Positions 6,660 to 14,543 of a stretch of DNA of 15,611 nucleotides are shown here, piece after piece. The DNA is from Candidatus Helarchaeota archaeon (GTDB lineage Archaea; Asgardarchaeota; Lokiarchaeia; Helarchaeales; RDOG01): contig JALGVI010000066.1 in NCBI GenBank assembly GCA_029838215.1, forward strand, positions 1 to 15,611, written 5' to 3'. The notes beneath the pieces were generated by a model. It ran no database searches, had not been told where the DNA came from, and saw nothing but the letters and a program-made list of their open reading frames with translations. Made by a program: the position numbers and the translations under genes. The first letter of the stretch is position 1. The number at the start of each line of letters is the position of its first letter.

Positions 6660-8002
6660 GCCGCCTGTCTGCTTTTCATCTCCATGGCTCTTTCTTCTTG
6701 AAGTTTCCCGATCTTCTTCAGGTCTCCCCGAATATACTTGAGAACGGGCAACCAGAGTATTGCATTGATGATGTTCACGACCAGTAGCACGATTCCCCAG
6801 ACTTCATAGTTAAAGAAACCGCCGATCAAGCCGCCCACGCCTCTTCCGATGGTGTCCGCCAGCAAGGCAAGAGCAATCATCGTTCCGCGATTTTCTGGGA
6901 GGTTAATATCCATTATCGTGGCGAACCAATTAGCCCCAATTCCCTGTTCGAAAAAAAGAGCCAAACCCATGAGAATTCCAAACGGTATGGAAAGAAATGG
7001 AATAAATGGCAAGAATGCAATGGTAATGAATGGAATCGTCAGAATTGAACAATAAGTGGCAATTTTTGCTCGAATTCCCCCACCTTCTCCTGCTTTCTTA
7101 TCTCCAAGGTAGGCAAAATAAAAGGTACCAATGAATGCGAGTGCGGCAGCAATTATTAATGACGCAGCAGCAGTGCCGATGACGTAAGCCAATCCCAAGT
7201 CCGAGATGAAACCAACACCCCAGCCCCACGCCACGCGAAATGCAAAAATCTCAAGATAATAAAGTAACCAACCGACAAGAAGCCCCGGCACGATCGTGTC
7301 CACGAAATTCACGATCAGCCAGAAATTAGTAGGACGTTCGATTATGTACTTGAGATCTTCCTTCTTGATCCTGTAAGAATAACTCATTCCCTTCTCGATT
7401 AACTCCGCAAATTGTTCTTCCGTTGCTGCTCTTTTCGGTTCTTTGATAAACAGGCAACACAGCCCGAATCCCAGTGCCGAAAAACCGAAGAATAAATATA
7501 CGAATTGCCAAACGTCGCCAAGTGCCAGTCCAAAGACAATGCCAAAAACCGGCCCTATTCCCTGCAACAATAGAATCACGGCAAATGCCTTTGACCTGTT
7601 CTTAAATTTTATGACATCCATTAGCAGGCTATATCCTATCGGCATGATCGCCCCTTGTCCCATGCCCAACATGATTCTAAAGACCATGTATGGCAACCAG
7701 TGTGGGGATAGGAAAATGGCAATGTTCAATCCCGCCCAGGCTCCCATTCCAATGGCAGTTAAAAGTATTCGATTGTACTTGTCTGCCAAATAACCAAAAA
7801 GTAGTCCCGTACCGCCAATGACAATATATCCTCCAAAAAGAATGACTCCCAGCATTAATTCTCCAAAATCCGGTGGCAATGCATATCTGGCTTGGATTTG
7901 TGGGAAAATTGCTTCGTAAAATGCGAACTCGAGCATGATCAAGTTCATTAACACGATAAAAAAGATGATCAGACCATAACTTGCCCATTTACCTTGTTTC
8001 AT
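6656..8002 (-). CDS. Major facilitator superfamily transporter, 12 TM, ~448 aa
   Basis: Twelve hydrophobic segments in a 6+6 arrangement, motif A GYLADKYNR, FRIMLGMGQG, central loop EPKR and PENRG. ATG 8002 is preceded by GTGAGTGA; GTG 8017 is the alternative start. Confidence 0.92.
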   Translation of the reverse strand: MKQGKWASYGLIIFFIVLMNLIMLEFAFYEAIFPQIQARYALPPDFGELMLGVILFGGYIVIGGTGLLFGYLADKYNRILLTAIGMGAWAGLNIAIFLSPHWLPYMVFRIMLGMGQGAIMPIGYSLLMDVIKFKNRSKAFAVILLLQGIGPVFGIVFGLALGDVWQFVYLFFGFSALGFGLCCLFIKEPKRAATEEQFAELIEKGMSYSYRIKKEDLKYIIERPTNFWLIVNFVDTIVPGLLVGWLLYYLEIFAFRVAWGWGVGFISDLGLAYVIGTAAASLIIAAALAFIGTFYFAYLGDKKAGEGGGIRAKIATYCSILTIPFITIAFLPFIPFLSIPFGILMGLALFFEQGIGANWFATIMDINLPENRGTMIALALLADTIGRGVGGLIGGFFNYEVWGIVLLVVNIINAILWLPVLKYIRGDLKKIGKLQEERAMEMKSRQAA

Positions 8003-8159
8003 TGTTGAATCACTCACGGGATTTTTTTAAATTTTGAAGACATGATCCGTAACTCGACTGCACCCTGAAATCCAATCATCAATTATAAAAATCAATCTAG
8101 AAGCAAGTATCTTTTTTCGACCACAAATTCAATAGGTGAAAAATGGGATTCACTGATCA

Positions 8160-8579
8160 GTGATTTCTGGAGATCATGAACAAATGAATGATAAAGAATC
8201 AGAGAAAGTCAAGCAAATCATCAAGGAGATTCAAGCAGGTTTAGACATGGAGGATGTTGTAGCACGACACTTTCCGAACTTGATACGTGAATTGACAAAA
8301 GAAGACCACGAAGAATTACAAATTGATGCCATTCGGCAAGATCCAAAACTGGCAGAGAACAAGGCAGATGAACTTCGAAATCCTGATACGATTTCATTCA
8401 TTAGACGATGCGAAACTGTTGAACAAGCAAGGGAAGTCATAGAGTTTCAATTGAAACGAGGCAAAATCACGGAAGCACAGGCAGCACGATTCTTGGTGCA
8501 ATTAGATTCTGAAGGATTGAGATCTTTTGGCTCTAAAAAAGAACCCGGTTATTACGAGAAGCATTTTCCGAGATGTTGA
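8160..8579 (+). CDS. DUF2095-family conserved archaeal protein
   Basis: HFPNLIREL and NPDTISFIRRCETVEQAREVIEFQLKRGKIT...GLRSFGSKKEPGYY match the recalled DUF2095 pattern. Start uncertain (GTG 8160 or ATG 8184). Confidence 0.8.
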   Translation: MISGDHEQMNDKESEKVKQIIKEIQAGLDMEDVVARHFPNLIRELTKEDHEELQIDAIRQDPKLAENKADELRNPDTISFIRRCETVEQAREVIEFQLKRGKITEAQAARFLVQLDSEGLRSFGSKKEPGYYEKHFPRC

Positions 8580-8586
8580 AAAAAAA
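8579..8586 (-). terminator. T8 tract, candidate terminator of the oxidoreductase transcript
   Basis: A-run 8579-8586 reads as T8 on the minus strand, 5 nt after the stop at 8592. Confidence 0.35.
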
Positions 8587-8591
8587 CCATC

Positions 8592-9737
8592 TCACGCCCA
8601 AGTCCATTTCAATTTCTCATGATTTTGTTGAGTCACGTCTGGCAATCCTTTCAAGATTTCTTTCGTGCCTTCTGTTTTTGCCAATTTTTTGAGTTCATCC
8701 ATCTTAGTGGGTCTTCCATTCTTGGCTGAAAGATAACAAAGTAAAACACCTGCAACGGCTTCTTTGGCTTGCTCGGGTGTAAACTCGGGTTCTTTATCAT
8801 TCAAAATGCATTCGGCAAAGTGGGCATCTTCGTGAAATGCCGAAATAATGTAATATTTTGGAAATGGTGCGTGTTGAATTGAAGGTCTATAGTATTGGCC
8901 TTTCTTTTCTGCTTCGGGATGTGAAGAAAAAACCCTCACGGGCTCATCCAAGGAATGATCTTCAAACAAAGATCCTTTCGTTCCGTGCAATTCTGTGCTA
9001 TTCATTGGCGGGTGAATCGATGTCGATGAAACTGTTATTTCAGCCATTGCACCGCATTTATAACGCACGAACATCATTGCATTGTCTTCTCCTTTATTTG
9101 GCGGTGAATCATATGACTTTCCGAGCCAGCATTGTGCAAGGTCTATTTCACCAAGGAACCAATTCAGGAGCCCGAATTTGTGAACGCCTTGGTCCATGGC
9201 CACGCCTCCACCACCCTTTTCATAAGTGAAATTCCAAATATCGGGATTTAGAAAGTTTTCAGGTTCATCGAACGCACCTTCATACGTGCGAGCGAGAAAG
9301 ATCTCGCCAATGAAATCTTTATCTATTAACTCTTTCATGTACACGTGAGCTGGAAGGAAGCGATGATTTTCTGCGATCATGAACTTCACACCTGCCTTTT
9401 TAGTGGCGGAGATCATTTCATCACACCCTTCAAGTGTTGAAGCCATTGGCTTTTCACAAAGAACGTGCTTTCCCGCTTTTGCAGCGGCAACCGTGATCGA
9501 TTCGTGCAAGTAATGGGGAACCGATATGAGCACGGCATCGATATCACTTTGTAGCATGTCCTCTAACTTGACGTGTGGCTCCAACTTGTGAGCTCGTGCA
9601 AAGCGTTTCACGGCTTTTTCATTGATGTCATGTGCTGCTACGAACTTCACCTTTGCATCAGGAACTTTTTTAAATGCCATCAGGTGAAACCGTGCGGCCA
9701 TCCCACAACCTATTATGCCAAACTTGACTGGTACCAT
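8592..9737 (-). CDS. Gfo/Idh/MocA-family NAD(P)-dependent oxidoreductase, 381 aa
   Basis: KFGIIGCG Rossmann start, GKHVLCEKP, GGGVAMDQGVH, GEDNA. Confidence 0.93.
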   Translation of the reverse strand: MVPVKFGIIGCGMAARFHLMAFKKVPDAKVKFVAAHDINEKAVKRFARAHKLEPHVKLEDMLQSDIDAVLISVPHYLHESITVAAAKAGKHVLCEKPMASTLEGCDEMISATKKAGVKFMIAENHRFLPAHVYMKELIDKDFIGEIFLARTYEGAFDEPENFLNPDIWNFTYEKGGGGVAMDQGVHKFGLLNWFLGEIDLAQCWLGKSYDSPPNKGEDNAMMFVRYKCGAMAEITVSSTSIHPPMNSTELHGTKGSLFEDHSLDEPVRVFSSHPEAEKKGQYYRPSIQHAPFPKYYIISAFHEDAHFAECILNDKEPEFTPEQAKEAVAGVLLCYLSAKNGRPTKMDELKKLAKTEGTKEILKGLPDVTQQNHEKLKWTWA

Positions 9738-9750
9738 CTAATCAACTCAT

Positions 9751-10947
9751 TTATTTTGCACTTACGATTTTCACGACATCGCAGGATTTTAAAACGTGAT
9801 CTTCGCCGATTCTTTTCTTCGTGCGAGCATCAATGCCGTGAATGAAGGTCTTTGCAAAGTCCGTGTGAATTTTTCCTGCAAACTGTCGAATTGTCGTTCC
9901 TTCCGGGATCAGATATGCGTCGGGAAGAACATTTCCATCCTTATCAGCAAGGGTTGACACGTCATGCACGGGAAATACCGGAATCATCTTTAATATGTCA
10001 AAAACGGCAGTATCTAGTGCTGCCTGAACTCCCGTGGACCCAAACTTATTGATGAGTGCTTGCAAATTCTCAAGAATGCCCTTCTCTTTTGCACTGAATG
10101 CGCTTTCATCCAAGATCTTGAATGAACTGGCTCCCGGTTGGTATTCTATTTTCTTTTGCTCGGCAAATTGTCGTAGAAAAAATTCTCCGAGCGTGCAAGC
10201 GGGAATGACTGGCTCCTGCGAGAAATCTTGTAATCGCTTGATATTTTGTTCGGATGTTTTTGCATCCGCCTTATTTGCGAGAATTATCATTGGTTTGGCG
10301 ATTTTCCTCAGTTCCGTTGCAAAGGCAACTAAGTCCTCCTCACTCCATTTCGAAGGTCGTTCTCCATCAATTTTGGCATTTTTCTGTGCCTTCATGACGT
10401 GCACTCGCGTGATCCCTAGTCCTGAGAGTCTTTCTGCCAATGCATCGGTGATTTTCAGTTTTTCCTGCTCGATCTTTCTCGTGAATTTCTTCCAGTCTCT
10501 TTGCAAGATTTGAACGAACCACATTATTATTTCGTGCTCGAGGAACTTCACGTCTTCAATGGGGTCCCAACTTCCTGCTTCCACGGGTTGTCCCTCTGCA
10601 TTTGTCGAACCCGAGGCATCAACCACGTGAATGAGCACGTCAGCCCGCCTTAAATCATCCAAGAATTTATTTCCCAATCCTTTACCCTCCCATGCACCCG
10701 GGACAAGTCCTGCCACATCAAGGAGCTCGATGGGAATGAGTCGTATTCCGTCAAGACAAATGGAATTTTTAGGATTATCCGTGACGTTTAAATCCTTGCA
10801 AGCACATTTCACGCGCACGTAAGCCGTGCCCGGGTTTGGCTCAATCGTGGTGAAAGGATAATCCCCAACTTTAGCCGTCGTCAGACAAGCTGCATTCAAG
10901 AATGTTGTTTTACCACAATTTGGTTTTCCAACAATGCCAACTAACAA
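9751..10947 (-). CDS. ychF: YchF/Obg-family translation-associated NTPase, archaeal type with a C-terminal TGS domain, 398 aa
   Basis: GIVGKPNCGKTT, DYPFTTIEPN, DVAGLVPGA..GKGLGNKFLDDLR, NKAD, and TGS-like IHTDF..FIHGIDART; TTG start after GAGG. Confidence 0.95.
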   Translation of the reverse strand: MLVGIVGKPNCGKTTFLNAACLTTAKVGDYPFTTIEPNPGTAYVRVKCACKDLNVTDNPKNSICLDGIRLIPIELLDVAGLVPGAWEGKGLGNKFLDDLRRADVLIHVVDASGSTNAEGQPVEAGSWDPIEDVKFLEHEIIMWFVQILQRDWKKFTRKIEQEKLKITDALAERLSGLGITRVHVMKAQKNAKIDGERPSKWSEEDLVAFATELRKIAKPMIILANKADAKTSEQNIKRLQDFSQEPVIPACTLGEFFLRQFAEQKKIEYQPGASSFKILDESAFSAKEKGILENLQALINKFGSTGVQAALDTAVFDILKMIPVFPVHDVSTLADKDGNVLPDAYLIPEGTTIRQFAGKIHTDFAKTFIHGIDARTKKRIGEDHVLKSCDVVKIVSAK

Positions 10948-10956
10948 GGCAAGCCC

Positions 10957-11610
10957 TCATTTTTCATCAATTTCTTCTTCTATCTCCCTGGATGGTATTT
11001 TGTACCTAACCGATATGACAATTAAGGACGGGATCGTGATGATCTTGGCAATTATCAAGGTAGGTAGATAGACTTCCCAGATTCCTATTAAGGCAGCAAG
11101 CCAGAAAAACGTGGTCAATATCCACCCGTAAAAAGTTAGTTTGAAAAGCCGAATCTCCTCGGTTTGTGCCAATCTCAAGAAAATATAACAATTAAATCCC
11201 GAAGTAACGAATAGTAGAAAAATTTGAATGATTCTAAAAATGGAATACGTGAGCGTCAACATCGTGAAGTGTGGAATGCCAAAAATGGCGGGTTCTCCAT
11301 TAACCACGTATATGAATGACAATAAGACGTTTAGAATCCCCGCGTAAATGATGACCCTGTCTTCAAAATATTCATGAAGGAGTAAGATCCCACTTGCAAA
11401 AAGAACATAAAAAATCGCCGTCAAGAACGATACTATCGTGTATGCAAACCCGTTTACAGGAATGCCAAGCAAGATGGTGATAATAAAAACATAGAGAACG
11501 ATTGATAGCACGACGTGTGCAATTAATCCGATCGTGCAAATCTTCAGAAACCGATTATGCGATAAATCCTTAAAGAAATCCTTGAAATCCTGCAAGTTGT
11601 TTCTCTCCAA
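10957..11610 (-). CDS. Uncharacterised integral membrane protein, ~6 TM, 217 aa
   Basis: Six long hydrophobic segments with short charged loops; ends 9 nt before the ychF start. Confidence 0.8.
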   Translation of the reverse strand: MERNNLQDFKDFFKDLSHNRFLKICTIGLIAHVVLSIVLYVFIITILLGIPVNGFAYTIVSFLTAIFYVLFASGILLLHEYFEDRVIIYAGILNVLLSFIYVVNGEPAIFGIPHFTMLTLTYSIFRIIQIFLLFVTSGFNCYIFLRLAQTEEIRLFKLTFYGWILTTFFWLAALIGIWEVYLPTLIIAKIITIPSLIVISVRYKIPSREIEEEIDEK

Positions 11611-11708
11611 AATTCTACAATTTGATTTTCAAGTCTCGATCAAAGATCACGAGTCTTATTTAATAAATGCTCACTAGTTAATTACTTTTCTGACCTAATT
11701 TTTATTCC

Positions 11709-12719
11709 TCATTTTAGCAGCTTGACTGCGGCTACCATGTTTTGCAATTTTTTTTGAGTGATCTTGTAACCCATTTCTTCACCAAACGTGCCTTTCAGGG
11801 GTCCAAACCCACAATCCGGCTTGATCAATAACCTGTCCTTGCCGAATTGCTCGATTCCCCTCGAGATGTGGTGCCTGATGGTATCAACAGTTTCGACATG
11901 GGCTGAAATATCATCACTTTTTCTGATCACTTTTGTCAAAATGCTTCCCATTGCCAGAAATTTGTCGTATTTCTCAAGTTGTTCCTTATTAAATCTCTTA
12001 AAATTCGATGGGGAGCCGACAAATTCGTGGTCTAATATCCTGCATTCTGATTCCAGTAACAATTCAATTAATTTCGGAGGAACATTTCCACAGACGTGCG
12101 TGGAAGAGGTCTCTTTTACACCGGAAAAAGCAATGTTCAGCATTTCGATAATGAAGTCTTCGTCATGATGCAAGGGTTTCTTGCGACCTATTAAAAGCCC
12201 CAAAATCGGTTCGTCAATGCTCACGATTTTAAAACCCAGATTCGAAACTTCACTTGCAATGAACTTGATCAGGTGCGCGAATTTTTCTACGAGCCCTGCA
12301 TGAAGTAATGCCCGCGGCTCCTTGTACACGGGAGATGTCAATCCTTTACCAACTTCACCCACAAGAATGATGCTTGATGTCATCGTGAACGGTCCTGTCA
12401 GGCATGCCTTGGGTTGAATGTTCTTCATTTTATTTTTATCCAAGTAATCCCTGACGATCCTCGCGAATTCCAAACCGACTGCCGCATTGGGAAGCCTTAC
12501 ATCATCCGTCAGGACCACGCCATCATTTTGGACGGAAAGTTCGGGGATCTCCTTGCTCAATGGTCTGAGAAACTGAAGGTTCATGTCGTCTAGTTGCGGA
12601 TAACAAGGATACGTGATTCCTACATCAATTGCAAATTGAAATGCCTTCTCGACATTTTCTCGTGTATTCGTTAAAGGAAATGATCCCACGAGAGTGGTGC
12701 TTAAAGGTTCAATATCCAA
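11709..12719 (-). CDS. metE: Cobalamin-independent methionine synthase, catalytic domain only (core MetE / Mes-type), ~336 aa
   Basis: TTLVGSFP, LTGPFT, SIDEP, zinc ligands HVC...E...PDCG, and KKLQNMV; no N-terminal folate-binding barrel. The ORF is open to ATG 12770, but TTG 12719 fits the motif position and the promoter better. Confidence 0.85.
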   Translation of the reverse strand: MDIEPLSTTLVGSFPLTNTRENVEKAFQFAIDVGITYPCYPQLDDMNLQFLRPLSKEIPELSVQNDGVVLTDDVRLPNAAVGLEFARIVRDYLDKNKMKNIQPKACLTGPFTMTSSIILVGEVGKGLTSPVYKEPRALLHAGLVEKFAHLIKFIASEVSNLGFKIVSIDEPILGLLIGRKKPLHHDEDFIIEMLNIAFSGVKETSSTHVCGNVPPKLIELLLESECRILDHEFVGSPSNFKRFNKEQLEKYDKFLAMGSILTKVIRKSDDISAHVETVDTIRHHISRGIEQFGKDRLLIKPDCGFGPLKGTFGEEMGYKITQKKLQNMVAAVKLLK

Positions 12720-12779
12720 AGGAAATCGCTTCCTCTTTTTAAATTTCAATAGAATTGAATGAATTCTCATGAATTTTAC

Positions 12780-12816
12780 TAATAAACTTTAGTACTTGCT
12801 CAAGTAATGAAAGTTT
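12780..12816 (-). promoter_or_regulatory. BRE/TATA promoter overlapped by a 33-bp imperfect palindrome, upstream of the metE-like gene
   Basis: Minus strand AAAG-TTTATTA at 12790-12780; plus strand AAACTTT-AG-TACTTG-CT-CAAGTA-ATG-AAAGTTT at 12784-12816. Confidence 0.5.
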
Positions 12817-12829
12817 CTAAAATAAGTAG

Positions 12830-12841
12830 AAAAAGAAAAAA
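12830..12841 (-). terminator. T6-C-T5 tract, candidate terminator of gcvH
   Basis: Oligo-T on the minus strand 10 nt after the gcvH stop. Confidence 0.45.
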
Positions 12842-12851
12842 GAGTGGCCCT

Positions 12852-13286
12852 TTACAAGGATTTAATGAAATCCGCATAGGCGTTTGCATCAAGCAGATTT
12901 CCAAGGTCTCCATCCTTGTTGGAGGGCTCTACTACGATTAACCAGCCATCACCAGTCGGAGACGAATTAATTAATGTAGGATCGTCTTCAACTGCGCTGT
13001 TTGTTTCTTTAATTGTTCCCGCAACGGGCGAATAGATATCACTAACAGCTTTAGTAGATTCAACGGAAGCGAATGGTTCAACAGAAGGTTCTGCATCTGC
13101 TGCGGCTTCCACGCTATCGCCAGTACCAAGCATGAAGTCAACCAACACTAACTCTTTTAAGGCTTTTTGTGCATAATCGGTAATGCCAACTTTCATGTTG
13201 CTTGGATCTACCCATTGATGGGATTTGTTGTATTTCAAATTATCTGGAACGTCGTAAGTGGCGTCCCCAATCGTAACACTAACCAT
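12852..13286 (-). CDS. gcvH: Glycine cleavage system H-type lipoyl carrier protein, 144 aa
   Basis: LKYNKSHQW, VGITDYAQ, lipoyl-lysine motif VESTKAVSDIYSPV, GDGW, LLDANAY; AGGTGA Shine-Dalgarno 6 nt before the ATG. Confidence 0.93.
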   Translation of the reverse strand: MVSVTIGDATYDVPDNLKYNKSHQWVDPSNMKVGITDYAQKALKELVLVDFMLGTGDSVEAAADAEPSVEPFASVESTKAVSDIYSPVAGTIKETNSAVEDDPTLINSSPTGDGWLIVVEPSNKDGDLGNLLDANAYADFIKSL

Positions 13287-13716
13287 TTTTTCTCACCTAT
13301 AAATTTCAGAACATCTGATTAGATTAGGGATCTAGGTTATGTTTTTTACGAATTTAAATTTATTTTTAATATTTTGTGGGACTCCAATTTTTCAGTCATG
13401 CGGCTTGACCGATACCACGTTCCGTTCTTCTCAACTTTTTATTCATTGGAACTGGTTCGACCCTGCCCTACTCACGACATTCACGGATGTAACTGATTAC
13501 CCATCTAGCAGTTGTCTCATTTCTCTCCAAGCATGAAATATTCTTTAACAAAAATCCCTGATATTATTTCGTTCTTCAAATTAAGAAAATTTAAATATGT
13601 TTTATGATCTCTAATTCTAACTTGTTCCGGTGAACAAAAACACGAAAAATCCTTATAGTTGATTTTTTCTTCATTCGTAACGAGTTAAATTCTTGATCAA
13701 TGAAGGATCGGATCTC

Positions 13717-14304
13717 ATGAAATCAGCATACAAGTACATTGGAGATGCATGGAAGCAACCCGAAAAGAGCTACGTTAAAGAGCTCCAATGGCATCGCCTG
13801 ATTATTTGGCGGAAACAACCGACTACTGTTAGAATCCCTCGCCCAACACGACTTAACAGGGCACGTTCCTTGGGATATAAAGCAAAACAGGGTTATATCG
13901 TTGCCCGAACTCGAATTCGTAAGGGCAAGCGCCGCAAGCCATATCCAAAAATGGGACGCAAGCCTCGCAAGATGGGTCACGTGAAATATACGGCTAAAAA
14001 ATCGCTTCAATGGATCGCAGAAGAACGAGTTGCCCGAAAATATCCAAACATGGAAGTGCTAAACTCATATTGGGTATGGTCTGACGGAAGCCACGAATAT
14101 TTTGAGGTGATCCTCGTTGATAGATCTCATCCTGTCATTAAAGCAGACCCAAAAATCAACTGGATCTCGGAACCCACAAACCGGGGTCGCGTTCATCGTG
14201 GTTTGACATCCGCAGGTAAAAAATCAAGAGGACTCCGTAACAAGGGAATCGGTACCGAAAAAATACGTCCTTCAATACGCTCTCATGACCGAAGAGGAAA
14301 ATAG
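13717..14304 (+). CDS. rpl15e: 50S ribosomal protein L15e, 195 aa
   Basis: [70 protein letters not shown] 13717 preferred over TTG 13693. Confidence 0.97.
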   Translation: MKSAYKYIGDAWKQPEKSYVKELQWHRLIIWRKQPTTVRIPRPTRLNRARSLGYKAKQGYIVARTRIRKGKRRKPYPKMGRKPRKMGHVKYTAKKSLQWIAEERVARKYPNMEVLNSYWVWSDGSHEYFEVILVDRSHPVIKADPKINWISEPTNRGRVHRGLTSAGKKSRGLRNKGIGTEKIRPSIRSHDRRGK

Positions 14305-14543
14305 AGCGTTCTCCACCAACATCACTCCCATCTTATCGTGAAAGAAATAAGAAATCAGACCAAATTCGCATTTTTATCTTCACGTCTTTAAGATGAGTTT
14401 TTCATGTTTGAGACGATCTAACGTGATCGTTCATTTTCTTCCTTTCAAAATTTTTCATAAATATCGAAATCAATAAATGAAACTTTCGATTTATTTTACT
14501 TACAAGGAATTTGCTTTGGCTAGAAAAAATGAGGGCAATCGTC

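Noticed and set aside
11631-11657. Bulged hairpin between the metE-like and membrane-protein genes
   Set aside because: Interrupted stem with no adjacent oligo-T; function unsupported.
13451-13476. GGTTCGACCC resembling a tRNA T-loop
   Set aside because: The T-stem does not pair beyond 1 Watson-Crick and 2 wobble pairs, and there is no matching acceptor stem, D-arm or anticodon arm.
13366-13530. Minus-strand frame MERNETT...ECRE*GRVEP...GQAA*LKNW as a pseudogene or amber (pyrrolysine) read-through
   Set aside because: Two internal stops in 54 codons is about the chance rate; no recognisable family and no pyl genes in the window.
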